Assembly: GCF_009914755.1 (NCBI RefSeq)
Contig: NC_060936.1
Reading direction: 5' to 3' (one strand)
DNA length: 64,000 bases
DNA from: the human T2T-CHM13v2.0 reference genome, Homo sapiens
Below the pieces are notes generated by a model. It ran no database searches and was not told the DNA's origin. It saw only the letters and a program-made list of their open reading frames with translations. The position numbers and the translations under genes are program-made. Below, piece after piece: positions 14,380-28,345 of the stretch (positions are counted from its first letter, which is position 1; the number at the start of each line of letters is the position of its first letter).

Positions 14380-14612
14380 AATTAATATTTATTGGGTTCT
14401 TATGTGGTAGGCACTCTTCTAAGTTCTGTATGTATATTAGCTCATTTAATCTTTACAACAAACTTTATGAGATAGGTATTATTATTACTCCTATTTTAAT
14501 GATGAGCAGACTAAGGTACAGAGACACTTACGGTCACAAAGATACTAAGGGGCAGAACCAAAGCATGAGTTAATGCTGTCTACCTCCAGAACCTGAGCTC
14601 TTACCCACCATT
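14380..14612 (-). mobile_element. MIR SINE
   Basis: 'atttattgggttcttatgtggtaggcactcttctaag...ctcatttaatctttacaacaaactttatgagataggta'. Confidence 0.75.
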
Positions 14613-16033
14613 CGCGCAACAAATAGTTGGTATGTCATTTTTCTATGCAATGGAAAACTTGAAGATGGGAATATAAGTAGCTCTTTCAGCATGATCTACT
14701 AACAGAATTGGAATCTGAAGATAAATCATAAAACTTTTAATGTATTATTCTTCTGAAAAGACAACAGGATTATTAATATAATAGCCGACTTTCAAATTTT
14801 CATGAGGAACAAGTATTTACCAAAGCTTGAATGAAACATAAGGTATATGAATGGAAAATTTATGAAGATTGACCTTCTCTTTTACATTTGTAATCTTGAA
14901 CCCAGAGTTCATTGGCTGTTATTAAATTGTTTTTAAGAAATGTGCAGTGGCATTGGTTCTCTTGCTTCTCTTGCATTTTTTCCCTTTGGGAACAATTTCT
15001 CCCCACTGCATGTGTTTCTTGTAGAGCTGTCAATCAAGAATTTGCATTCCCTGCCACAGCAGTAGGCACATAGTGCTTAGTGGTCAATTAGAATATCTCA
15101 AGTAGAATATCTCAACTCAAGGAGCAAGGTGATTGGTCCAGGGACACACCCACAATCCCAGCACAACCTGACAGAGGTCTTTAAGGGGAAGCGACATAGA
15201 AGCTGGGAAAGACACAGCTTCTCTCTCCCTGGAATTTAACTGTGGGAACCACATAATCCTGGAGCAGCTGGAGACAATCTGGCAGCAACAGAGAGAAAGC
15301 CTGACTGAGGAAAAAGCCACATGAAGTCAGGCAGTGGCTAGAAATGGAAAGGAAGAGATGAACCTCGGTGACACATTAGAACCTCTGGCCAACCATCTTG
15401 TTCAACATTGTTCAGTTATACTGGCTTTCTGTCTAATTCTGTATTCTAACAAACTTATTTCTGTCTCAGGGACTTTGCCTTTCTGGTTGCCTTCATCTAT
15501 GCTATCTTTTCCCCAGATATTCACATGGCTTCATTCCCAACATCCTTTTTGTCACTTAGATCTCATGTGAGTTTTCATCTACACGGAGGGTACTTACCGG
15601 GTCATTAAATCTAAATGAGTTACCATATTTCCTATTTACTGTTTATGAGCTCACCCTGCTATATTTGATTCATAGAACTTTGTACTATCTGGCATTGTGT
15701 GGCACTGTCCACTAGAGTATAAACTCTGTGAGTGTAATAGAAAGGGATTTCTTGTGCATCTTTACGTACCTAGCATAATAAGCAACAGGCTGGCATATAA
15801 GAGCTACTCAGTAAATATTTGTGGAAAGATTAAATGTAAGGCAACAGACTTAAAAAATAGTTTGATTTGAGTTTCTATCACACATGACTGAAAATCTCTT
15901 GTTCCTTGTTACATGATACTATCAGACAGTCTATTCAGATGATTTTAAAAAGACATTTATAAAATCTGGATGAAAAAACTCAACAAATCCTCACAGAATT
16001 GTTTTCATTTTACGTGGTAATTTCATAGGCTAC

Positions 16034-19000
16034 TGGACTAACTAGATAACCAAGAAGAAATGGATAAATTCTTAGAAACATATAACATACCAAAACAAAA
16101 TCAAAGAAGAAATAAAAAGCCTGAACAGACCAATAACAAATAAGGATATTGAATCAGTTATTAAAAACTTCTCAACAAAGAAAAGCCCAGGGCCAGATGG
16201 CTTCACAGGTGATCTCTACCAAATATTTAAAGAAGAGTTGATACAAATTTTTCTCAAACTCTTACAAAAAAATAGAAAAAGAAATAACACTTCCAAATGC
16301 ATTTTATGAGGTCACCATTACACTTATACCAAAGCCATACAAAGACATCACATCCAGACAAAATTACAAGCCAGTATTCTTAATGAACATAGATGCAAAC
16401 ATCTTCAGTAAAATGCTAGCAAGTTGAATTCAACAGCACATTAAAACGATTATACAACATGTCTCAGTGGGATTTATCCCTGAGATGCAAGGATGACTCA
16501 ATATATGAAAACAAATAATTGTGATATACATTAATGCAATCAAAGATAAAAACCACATGTTCATTTCAATAAATACAAAAAAAGTATTTGACAAAATTGA
16601 CCATCGAGCCATCCCATAAAGACTCTCAACAAAATAGGTATGAAATGAACTTATTATACTAAAGGTCACACGTAAAGATTACACTAATATTATAATAAAT
16701 GGGAAATAATGAAAAGCTTTTTCTCTAAGATCCAGTGTAAACCAACAATGCCCACTATTGCCACTTCTAGTCTTAGCTAAAGCAATTGGACAAGAAAAAT
16801 AAATAAAAGGCATCAGAATCAGAAAGAAGTAAAATTTTCTCTGCCTGCAAATGTCATGACCCAATATTCAGAAAATCTTAAAGACTCAACAACCCAAAAC
16901 AAAAACAAAAAACTATTGGAACCAATAAACAGATTGAGTACATTTTCAGAATACAAAATTAACATACAAAAATTAGTGGCATTTCTATACACAAGTAACA
17001 AACTATCCAAAAAGAAAATTAAGAAAACAATTTAATTTATATTAGTATCAAAATGAATAAAGTATTTAGAAATAAACTTAAGAGGTGAAAAATTTCTACA
17101 CTGAAAATTATAAATTATTGATGAAGGAAATTAAAGAAGACACAAATAAATGAAAAGACATCCCATATTCATGGGTTGCAAAATTAATATTGTTAAAATG
17201 GCCACAGTGCTCAAAGTAATTTATAGATTCAATGCAATCCCTATTAAAATTCAAATTACATTCTTTATAGAAATAGAAAAGACAATCCTAAAATTCACAT
17301 GGACTCACAAAAGGCCCGAAGTAGCCAAAGCAATCTTGAACAAGAAGACAAAAGCTGGAGGCATCACACTTCCTAATTTTAAAAATATATTACAAAGCTA
17401 CAGTAATCAAAACAGTATGCTACTAGCATAAAAACAGATATATAGACCAATGGGATGGATTAGAGAGCTCAGAAGTAAACCCATGTATATATGGTCAACC
17501 AATTGGGAAGGTGCCAAAAGCACGTAATAGGAAAAAGATAGTTTCTTCAATAAATGGTGTTGGGAAAAACTGAATATGCAAATGCAGAAAAATGAAAAAA
17601 TAAAATTACACCTTCATCTCACACTATATGCAAAAATCAACTCAAAATGGAACACAGACTTGTATTTAAAACCTGCAAATATAAAGCTACTAAAAGAAAA
17701 CATGCATATGAGCTTCTTGACATTGGTCTGGGCAATAATTTTTTGAATATGACATCAAAAGCACAAGTAAAAAAAAGCAAAAATAAAGTGGAATTATATC
17801 AAACTAAAAAGCTTCTGCACTAGCAAAAGAAACAATCATCAGAGTGAAACGCAACCTATGAATTGAGATAAAGTATCTACAAATCATATATCTGATAAGA
17901 ATTAATATCCAAAATGCATAAGGATGTCATACAACTCAATACGAAAATGACAAATAATCTGATTTTTTAATGGTCAAAGGATCTGAATAGACATATTTCC
18001 AAAAAGACATACAAATGCAAAAAAAACCAGGTTTATGCAAAGTGCCTAATATCACTAATCATCAGGGAAATGCAAATCAAAATCACAGTGAAATATTACC
18101 TCGCACCTGTCGAGATGGCTGTTATCAAAAAGACAAAAGATAACAAATGTTGGCAAGAATGTGGAGAAAAGGGAACCCCTGTAAACTGTTTGTGGGAATG
18201 ATAGTTGGTACAGTGACTGTGGAAAACAGTGTGGAAGTTCTTCAAAAAATTGAAGATGGAACTACCTTATGATTCAGTAATCCCAACTCTGAGAATACAT
18301 TTATCTCTCCAAAGGAAATGAAATCAGATTGTCAAAGAGATACCTATATTTCTATGTTCATTGCAGCGTTATACACCATAGCCAATATATGGACAAAATG
18401 TAAATGTTGACAAATGAATGGACAAAGAAAACATGATGTGTGTGTGTATGTGTGTGTGTTGTATGTGTGTGGGTGCATGTGTATACAGGCAGAGATAGGA
18501 TATTTTTTAACCTTAAAAAAAATCCTGTCATTTGTACGAAAATGGATGAACCTAGAGCAGATTATGCTCAGTGAAATAAGCCAGATATAGAAAGGCAAAT
18601 ACTGCATTGTTACACTTATACATTAAACCTAAAATGGTCGCTGTCATAGAAGTAGGGAGTAGAATGGTGGTTGCCAGAGGCTGGCAAAAGGGGAAAATTG
18701 GTAGATGTTGGTTAAAGGGTACAAAGTTTCAGAATTGCAGACAAATAAGTTCTGTAGAGCTAATGTATAGCATGCTGACAACAGATAACAATTCTGTATT
18801 GCATGCTTGAAATCTGCCAAGTGGGTAGATCTGGTGTTCTCATTACACATGAAATAAATAGTAAAAGAAGAGGAAGAGGAAGAAGAGGAAGAAGAGGAAG
18901 AGGAAGAAGAAGAAGAAGAGGAAGAAGAAGGAAGAGGAGAGGAGGAGGAAGGGGGGAGGAGGGAGGAGGAGGAGAAGGAAGGAGAAGGAAACAGAAAGAG

Positions 19001-19150
19001 GAGGAAATGACTTGGGGCAGGTGATGGATGTGTTAATTAGCATGATTGTGGTGATTAGCTCACAATGTGTATGTATATTAAAACATCAAGTTGAATACCT
19101 TAAATATATACAACATTTATTTGTCAGTTATACCTCAGTAAAGTCAAAAA
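16034..19150 (+). mobile_element. Old 5'-truncated L1MA element (decayed ORF2 plus 3' UTR)
   Basis: Decayed ORF2 peptides (e.g. [24 protein letters not shown]...[10 protein letters not shown] at 17150-17431), L1MA-type 3' end, residual TSD core ataggctac at 16025-16033 and 19155-19163. Confidence 0.9.
18863..19008. repeat. (GAA/GGA)n polypurine tract within the L1MA 3' UTR
   Basis: About 145 bp of near-pure purines, directly visible. Confidence 0.9.
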
Positions 19151-19384
19151 GTCAATAGGCTACAAAAATTCCAGAGTCATTATTTTTAAAATTAAATTTA
19201 CAATGTTTTATCAATCAATACATGAATACATCTTAATTTTATGTCACTGTAACTAGTACTATTCTAGGCAGTAATAAAAATAGTATTCTAGTACTATTCT
19301 AGGAGTAACAAAAATATAATAGAAAACAAAGAAGATGAATGTAACACTTGGGAAATGAGCAGACTTAAAAAAAAAAAAGGAGCT

Positions 19385-21763
19385 TGCTATGATTTGAATA
19401 TGCATCCTAAAGTTCATGTGTTAGAAACTTGATCCTCAGTGCAACAGTGTTGAGAGTGGGACCTACTGGGAGGTGTTTAGGTCATAATGGTTCTGGCCTC
19501 ATGAATGGATTTCTGTCATTATTGTGGGATTAAGTTTATTATCTCAGGAGTGGGTTTTTATAAAAGCATATTTGCCCCCTCTTTTGCCCTCTCTCACTCT
19601 CTCTCACCAACATGATGTCTTTCATCATTTTATGACATACAAAGAAAGCCCTCACCACATGTGGCCCCTTGATCTTTGACATCCCAGGCTCCAAAATTGT
19701 GAGCCAAATACATTTATGTTCATTATAACCTACCTAATCTGTGGTTATAGCAATACAAAATGAACTAAGACAGAAAATTAGTATCAAGAAGCAGGGCTGT
19801 TGTTATAATAAATACTTGAAAATGTGGAAGTGGCTTTGGAACAGGGTGATAGGTAGATGTTGGAAGAGTTTGGAGGACAAGGCTAGAAAAAGTGTAGATA
19901 TCTGTGGAGTATTAAGGGCAATTCTGGTGAGGACCCAGAAGACAAGAGCTTTAGGGAGAGTCTAAATTTTCTTGGGCTTTATTGAAGTGGTTGTGATTAG
20001 AATGCTAATAGAAAAATGGACAGTAAAGGTGATTCTGATGAGATCACCTTTCATCTGACAATATCAGATGAAACTGAGAAGCAAGGTCAGCTAAGCAGCA
20101 AAGCATTTATGGTGCTGCATGGCTTCTTTTGGATACTTACAGGAAAATGAGAAGAGAGAAATGATTTAAAAGTAAAATGTATAATTAAAAGGGAAGCAGA
20201 ATGGAAATATGTGGAAAATTCTCAGCCTGGCCATGTAAAGAATAAAAAGCGCGTCTGGGAGATAATACAAAGTGTGTGGCCAAGAGATCATTTGCTAAAG
20301 AGATTAATATGGATAGAAAGAAGCCAGGTTCTATTCATGAAGACAATGGGAGAATGTCTCCAAAAGCATTTTAGAGATCTTTAAGGCAATCTAGGGCCTT
20401 GAGGGCAAGTTTTCAAGAGAGATGCTCTTAGGACCTCAGTATTCACTGCCCTGTGCCTTGTAACTCTGTTCTCTGATTCTGCAGCAGTGCCCTTTGGCCA
20501 CCTCAGCTGTGGCTCAAGCAGGCCCAGCTATCGCTCAACTTGCTGATCTGGAAGATACATGCCATAAACCTTGGTAGCGTCCATGTAGTGCTAATTCTGC
20601 AGGGATGTAGAATGCAAGAGCTATGATGGCTTGGTGGCTTCCGACTAGATTTCAAAAGATGTTGTGAACAGCCTGGGGGCCCAGGCAGAGACTTGTCACA
20701 AGTATGGAACCACCACAAAGAGTCCCCACTAGAGGAATGCCCAGCAGAGCCATATAAGCAGGGCTACTACAGAGAGTCCCCACTAGAGCAATGCCTAGTG
20801 AGCCATAGAAGTGAAGCAGCCCCCCGTACCCCAAAACTGTAGGGCCACTAGCATGCAGCCTCAGCCTGGGAAAGCTGCAGGCATGAGGCTCCAAGTCATG
20901 AGAGCTGCTGGGTGGATTGAGACCAGCATAGCCACACAGGCAGGGCTGTCTGAAGTTTTGGGGCCTGACCCTCACCCCAGTGTGCCCAGGATGTGGGACA
21001 TGAGTCAAAGGTGATTATTCTCCAACTTTAGAAATTAATTGCTTTCCCTTTTGGGTTTTGGACTTATGGGGACCAGTTAGCCCATCTTGCCCATTTCTTC
21101 TCTTTGGAACAGAAATGTCTTTTCTATGCATGTCTCACCATAGTTTTTTGGAAATATACAACCTGTTTAATTTCGCGGACTCATAGCTGCAGGTAAATTT
21201 GCCTCAGGAGGAATTATGCCTTGAGTCTTACATCTGATTTAGATAAGAATCTAGACTTTGGACTTTACAGTTGATCCTGGAATGAGTTAAGAGTTTGGGG
21301 GCTATTTGAATGTACTGAATGCATTTTGACTGTGAGAAGTACATGAGTTTTGGAGGCCAGGGGTGCAATGCTGTGGTTTATATGTGTCCCCCTATGTTCA
21401 TGTGTTTGAAATTTAATCCCCACTGCAATAGTATTAAGAGCCAGGGCCTAATGGGAGGTGTTTAGGTCATGAGAGCTCTGCCCTCATGAATGAGTTAATG
21501 TTGTTATCATGAGTTTGGGTTTATTATCATGGGAGTGAGTTTGTTATAAAAGCTAGTCTGGCCTTCTCTTGCCCTCTCTTGGTTTCTCTTGCCCACGTGA
21601 TGCCTTCTGCCATGTTATGGTGCAGCAAGAGGGCCCTCACCAGATGTGGTTCCTCAGTCTTGGACTTTCAAGCCTCCGGAATTGTGATCCAAATAAATTT
21701 CTGTTCATTGCAAATTACCTAGTTTGTGTTGTTCTGTTACAGAAACACAGAATGAAATAAAAA
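19385..21763 (+). mobile_element. Two-LTR MaLR (ERVL-MaLR) provirus, MLT1A/MST-like
   Basis: 5' LTR 19385-19772; internal region starts 'gaaaattagtatc...gaaaatgtggaagtggctttggaac'; purine tract 'ggaggccagggg' precedes the 3' LTR at 21369-21763; 5-bp TSD gagct / gaggt (1 mismatch). Confidence 0.85.
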
Positions 21764-22594
21764 GAGGTTAATGTCAGTAGTAATAGTATAAATTGAAAAT
21801 GTGCTGGCATAAAAGAAGGATGGAATCATATTGCCTGAAGTAATCAGAGAAGATATTCTGGAGAGTATAGGACTAAATCTGGATCTGGAACTGTGGAGAA
21901 ATTTCTGATGATGAATAGGGGGAGGAAATAGCTCAAGTTAAGGAAAAAAGGTGGAGCTAAATGCAACTTTTGTGAGGGATGGTGAGGAGTGTACCACAGT
22001 CCACTGAAGAATTCATGTGGGGAGTTGAGAGGACTAAATTGATAAAGTCAGGTTATTAGAGGGCATAAATTAGAAACATTTAGCTTTTATATTATTTACA
22101 CTAGAAATTCTTGCACAGAAAACTGATCCCATGATAAACACCTTAGGAAAATTAATCTGGCATTAGTATGCAGAAAAACTGTAAGAGGAGAGGGTTTAGA
22201 AAACTCTGTGGAAACATTGATCTCAGTTCATATGGGAAATATTGAATCTGTTGGAAAGGGTGGAGGTGGGGAAGATATGCAGAGGGAAGAAAAGATAGTT
22301 CATTCAAATTGAACTCTCAACATAAAATATGAGGAAAAAAGCAGAGAGTCAGGATTACTCCTGTGCTTCTATGTTTGGAAGAATGGGGAAAAAATGAGAC
22401 CATTGATGGAAATACACAAGTTGGAAGTAGAGCTAGTTTAGGGATAATTATGAATTTGGTTTTCATAATCTAAAGTAATGGTAATATAAGTAAGTAGTAT
22501 GTTTCTAATGGCAGTTCTCAATTTGGGGTTTAAGCAAGAGGTCAAGGTAAGAACCATAGATTTGGGATTCAGTAGCATTGAATCCATAGAGATC

Positions 22595-22859
22595 CAGGTC
22601 CAACTTATGCTTTAGGCATAGTAAGCATAGTGCCTAGGGCTCACAATACTTTTATTGGCCCATAAACACATGTTAATTTCTTTTTAATTAAAAGGAAAAA
22701 TATGAACTTTAAGTCAAAAAAGTTTTGCTATATAATATTAATATATTCGTCTTCATACCAATGCAACTGTAAAACATAACTTAATATTTTGTTTCATGAA
22801 AGAAGGGGCCCAGGAAGACAAAAGTGCCTAGGGCCCATGAAAATCATTATGATGTCTTA
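22595..22859 (+). mobile_element. hAT-Tip100-like DNA element (ORSL-like)
   Basis: Repeated 'agtgcctagggc(t/c)ca' near both ends and internal 'atattcgtcttcataccaatgca'; family assignment from memory. Confidence 0.5.
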
Positions 22860-24252
22860 TAGATTGAGCTATGGTGATGAAAATGAATTATTAGGAAGTG
22901 AGCAAAAGGCAAAGAATGAGTCTTAGAGCAATGGTTCCTAAGATTTGTTCTTTCCTTGACATATCCATTTACATGAATAACATGCCTAAAAGCATGCATG
23001 GTGGTGTGAGGCATACATACTAATTCCTCACTAAATAGATACTGAGTAACTGGGCGTGTATTTCAGCCAGCAGGAGCATGATGACTGTTTTATCCACATC
23101 ATGGTGACATGGATGGCAACCTCTAGCCAACTTTCTGTACATGGATCCTATCAATCCCCCAACTCCTTCCTTTAAGGGATCACTTAAAAAGAAAAAAAAG
23201 GAGATGTTAACTTAGCTTTCACAATCATTTTTCTTTGTTTAGATAGAGCATTTTCAATTTTTGAATCAGAAAAATAAAATCACAGAAAACTATTATTATA
23301 ATGGTCTTAAATATGAGCATAGCGATAAAAGAATTCAGCATTCACTTGAGAATACTAATGCAAAATTAAATGGTATGTTGTTTAAGAATGGTAAGGAAAC
23401 TTCTTCATACACCTGGTTAGCCACATGATTCTTCAGGTCTCCAAAGTGAGCTCTTAATGTAACATAAGGATGCAAAATATATTCTCAAAGCTCTGGGTCC
23501 CTACTCTATTAGTGATTTAAGAAAAAAAAGAATGCATTTTATATGTTATATTTTCCTAAGTATATTTTGTTTTTCTATTTTTCTATGCTGAACTCCTCTT
23601 ATGTCAAATATCACAGAATTGCTTTCAATTTTTCTCCTGAGAAGACATGGTATTTAAAACTTATCTACAATTAGGTTAACCAGAAATTAATTCCTTGTTT
23701 TTGGTATATTTCTAAACTGTGCTCCTGTTATTCTTCAACAAACTTTGCTAAAGGAATGACTACATTTCTTTAACACTGCAAATAATAAAGTTAACTGTGT
23801 ATTTGAGCAGGTTGACAGCTTCACTTCGCAAACTCACCGTAAATTCTGAAAACAAATAGTGGGCTGACAATGGTTGAGATGACAACAGAAATAATTTTAA
23901 GCAGTAATGAAAACAGATTTAAGCTAGTACACACGACGGTACAAGCCTTTTCTTTTTAAATGGTATACAAGGGAAAGCAATCAAAAGAGAAGGAGGCAAC
24001 ATGCCCATTAGGTATGGCACAAAGTCTTGGCCCATTGCAATAAGTTATTTACAAAATCAAGTTATAGTGCTTCCTTTGTCCTTACCAGCAGGTGCAGCTA
24101 TTAAGCAGGAAACATTGACATATAATATGGCCTTGAGGGGAAAAATAGATGGTTTCTTTTCCTTTCCCTTTCCACTACAAATGCCTAACACCAGCATGAT
24201 AATTTAATAATTCAATTTTCATTTATAGAAAAAAAATCCATTTATTTGGAGT

Positions 24253-24549
24253 ATTTTTTTCTTTTTTTTGAGACGGAGTTTTGCTCTGGTTGCCCAGGCT
24301 GGAGTGCAATGGTGCAATCTCCCTCACTGCAACTTCCACCTCCCAGGTTCAAGAGATTCTCCTGCCTCTATCTCCCATGTAGCTGGGATTACAGGTGCCC
24401 GCCACCATGCCCAGCTAATTTTTGTATGTTTAGTAGAGACCGGGTTTCACCATGTTGGCCAGGCTGGTCTCGAACTCCTGACCTTGTGATCTGCCCGCCT
24501 CAGCCTCCCAAAGTGCTGGGATTACAGGCATGAGCCACCGCGCCCAGCC
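24253..24549 (-). mobile_element. AluS element
   Basis: Antisense dimer with Sp/Sq-like 'gagttttgctctggttgcccagg'; flanked by tggagt on both sides. Confidence 0.9.
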
Positions 24550-26064
24550 TGGAGTCTTAGAATCACTAAACTCTGAATACTTATGTGTGATCAAATCTTA
24601 TGTTGCATATTTACTTAAGAAAATGCCTTTTTTGGTCCTCTATTTTCTTTATGCGATTAGTTTTCCTTCAAGTTTTTAGCAGAAGCCTACAACTGGAGTG
24701 TATGTTTAAGGGGAGTAGAATCAGCTATACATTTCTTCTTTAATAAAGTGAGCTATCCAGGATATGGTAAAAGCAGCCCTGTAGTACTGAAAACTGACCA
24801 GAGTTTACCTCTAGAAGTGGGATCATAATCGGAGTGGGTGCTGGGTGGTGGTCTTGTTGTGCCTACCTTAAGGCAGATAATGGAGTAGCAAATGTGGAAA
24901 GCACCCAGTTTGTCAGCAATGTCCTCAGAAAGTGTTCAGAATGCAAAAAAGAAAAGGCTGAAGAACCTAGAAAGCATGGGTTTAAGGAGCAGAAAAGCAA
25001 ATGACATATAGTTGTGAATAAGACAGGATGAAAGTCAGCAATGAGCAACGTTTTACAAGCAGGGGATAAGAGAATCAAAGAACGACCAACAGTACCAAAT
25101 GATAAAAACTGACAAACTTCCATTGAATTTGGCAATTAGAATAGTTTCAGGGAAACTGGTATCATATAAAACCAGAATGCAGTGGGTTGTATGACTATAA
25201 AAGGTAAAGCAAAATTAAATTTCCTTTGAGTATCTTGGGTGTAAATGGAAGAAGCAAGTTAGGGCAGCATTTGGGAGAATGAATGAATCTTAGAGGAGAA
25301 AAAGGAAATGGAGCACAATGACCTGAGAAAATTTAAAGAGCTAGATGAGAAGGGAAAAAGGAAAAAAGTAACACACTATGAAGCAAAGTCCATGGGTTCC
25401 TGGAGGTCTTGGAGGAGGTGGTAAAAGTTGACCTCTGAAGCTCAGGTGACAGTATTGCTTTTGATGGGGAGGTATTCTCTTTCTGGGACAGCAGGAGGGA
25501 GAGGGAGATAAGTGCAGACACAGTTAATTGGCTCTTTGTTTGTAAAGGATGGGCAGAGTTTCTATTTTATCTTCTTCATTATCTTTTTTCCATGAAACAG
25601 GCAAGAACACTTGGTGAGGGTGAGAGTAGCAGGAGTGTGGTAAATACCTTGAGTTGAGTAGGAAATCTTTGAAATAAATGCTGATAGCTTATAGGCAGCT
25701 GGAAACCATAATTATGTATTACTTGTCTACGCAAGGGCTTAAAGTGGATGGTAAAACTTATTCACAACTGACTTTGCAGAGACAGAATAATAGAAGAACA
25801 GGGAACTGATGAAATGATGACTCCTCCCAAGAAATTGGGTGAAATGGTTAAAGGGGTACAGTATATGAAGGGCAGCTCTTTAGATTCAGTGTTTCTTACT
25901 GATCTTTATGACTCCAAACTTTAGCAAAGAAACCAGCTTGTGATAGGCACAAAATAAATGATAGTTAAATGAAGGATGTCATGAAGTGGCTAATGGAAAC
26001 AAAGAAGTGTCTGTCTTGATGACATTAAACATAGTAATAATAGTCCTTATACCAATAATAATGA

Positions 26065-26290
26065 CAATAATAGCAAACATTTATTGAGTGCTTATATGTG
26101 CCAAGCACTGCTTTGAGCTCTTAATTTGCATTCTCACTTTTAATCCTCACATCAGTATATGAGGGACATAATATTGCCACTGCAATTTTACAAGGGAGGA
26201 TCAGAGAGGTCAAGTAACTTGCCAAAGCCACATAGATAATGAATAGAGGAGTGAAGGTTTAAATCAAGTAGTCTAATTCCTAAGCTCATG
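26065..26290 (-). mobile_element. MIR SINE
   Basis: 'aacatttattgagtgcttatatgtgccaagcactg...cagagaggtcaagtaacttgccaaagccaca'. Confidence 0.75.
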
Positions 26291-28345
26291 GTCTGTAGAG
26301 GAGTGAGAGAACTAGAAGTATAGGAATATATGATTGAAGAGATGATATAGAGGTTTTAAGATTGATTTTGTAGCCGCATTCTCCATCATTTACTCCTCTC
26401 CTACTTACTGTTTACAACACCATGTCTAATGCACAACAGATATTTGATAAAAGGTTGAGTGATCGTGTAATAGAGGGTTTTGACAAGAGATGCAGTGGGG
26501 CTGCACATTTAAATCACTACATCATTTAAACTAGAGTAATAGCCTTTGAAATCTTTTTATTCTAGCATAAATATTTTTGGGTGACAAATATAAAACATAA
26601 ATGAGATAATCAATAATTATCAGGCAATGATGGTAGCCTTGGTGTGTGATCTTTGTATCTTAATATTAAGATATTTTCCTTAAGGGTGGGGCTGGTCTAG
26701 GTTGTCCATCACCTTGTAAGGTTTTCTTGCACTTCTCGGACTCTCAGATTTCTTGTTGAGGTACCTGGAACTATGATGCCACCCTACCTTATTGGCTTAT
26801 TATTAGGTAGAATTTTATTTGAGAATATAAAACAGGATTTCACAACTTTACTTGAAACCCATACTCTGCTTTAGTAAACACAAACATCACGAGTTCTACT
26901 TTAATGCTATTGGGGAACAAGTGAATCCTGTGAGGAAGAGCAAATCAGAAAAATGGGCAACATGTTACTTACAAATTACAGCCTGATTCCTACCCTCCTT
27001 AGCTTTAAGAGTCAGTCTTAAAACATTTGAAGTTTAAGGTAACTTATGAAATTGAAGAATAGAAAGAATCTATATCAAAGTTATGTTTAAAATGTTATGT
27101 TCACCTTGTTGCCTGTAAATATCCTTGGAAATTTCAGTCAGGATGCTATTACTTTAATCAACCTTTCTTAGGTCCTTGAGATCTTAAAACTAATACAACA
27201 TTTTTCTTCAACACAAATTTTCTTCAGTTTTATTAACACATTAATTCAAACTGAAATCTGAAAATTTAAGTTTGAGTAGATTAGATTGGAAAAGATTTAA
27301 TTATAATACCTTAACAGGCAAGGGGATCAAGCTTCCATCATAACTTTGTGTGCTAATGTAGTTTTTCCATAATATTTCCCTTATATTTACAATATTTAGA
27401 AAAAAAGCACTTGAACAAAAAAATTCAACAAATATGTTTGAATGAAAACTGTCGGTGAAAATAATAGATGTTTAGATATTTTTCTTTTAATATTAGCTTC
27501 CAGAGAGCAGAAAATAAGTTAGATATTTTAGATAAAAGATTTCCAATAGAATATGTAATGTTCTATGGGGATGTTTTTGAATGATGCATATAGAAAATTT
27601 ATTGGAGAAAAGGAAACTGAAGCAAATAAAAGCAAATAAAAAAGACTAATGTTTTACTTTTCAGCGCATTCAAACATAATTTCAGCAACATAATATATAA
27701 GTACTAAGAAATAGACTAAATATTTTATTTTAAACTATAAAATAATTATAACTCGATATTATAATATTGAATTTGATCATGTTCTCCAAAGAACAGAGGA
27801 AAAAAGAATTGCAGGTATTGAGACAGCCTTGAAAATAAGAACTCACATATATGTTTAGAGTCTAAAAAACATCAGATTACTCTCTTTACTATTTCATTTC
27901 TGTTTGGTGTTCTCGGGAACCAATTTCTGGCAATCTTCCAAATCATTTTTTTAAATTTAATTTTAAAAGGGTTTTTTTTATTATAAAAACAATTCAGGCT
28001 TATTTTAGAAAAACTGGAAAATATATTAAAGTAAGACAAAACAATTGTCCGAGCCCTGCAAAGATAGAAATACTGCTAGAATTTTGGTATATTTTCTTCA
28101 CTATTCTTTCAAAGTTGAATTTAATTATGAAATTTTTGGGTTTGCCTTATTTTGTTTTTATTTTAGCAATTATATTTTTATTTTCTGAAAGTAGTGTTAC
28201 ACACATAGAGTTTGTAATGTAGAAGAGAGAAAAACATGAGGCTCCCATAGAGGTCTAAACTAGGAGAGGTATGAGACAGTAGACAAGGAATAATAAGGAA
28301 TGGTGTATTCATTTGGATAGTCTAGGTTTATTTTGACTTATGCCA

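Noticed and set aside
18803-19043. Arg/Gly-rich (protamine- or RGG-like) ORF and the Phe/Leu-rich ORF on the opposite strand
   Set aside because: Both are translations of the GAA/GGA microsatellite inside a dead L1.
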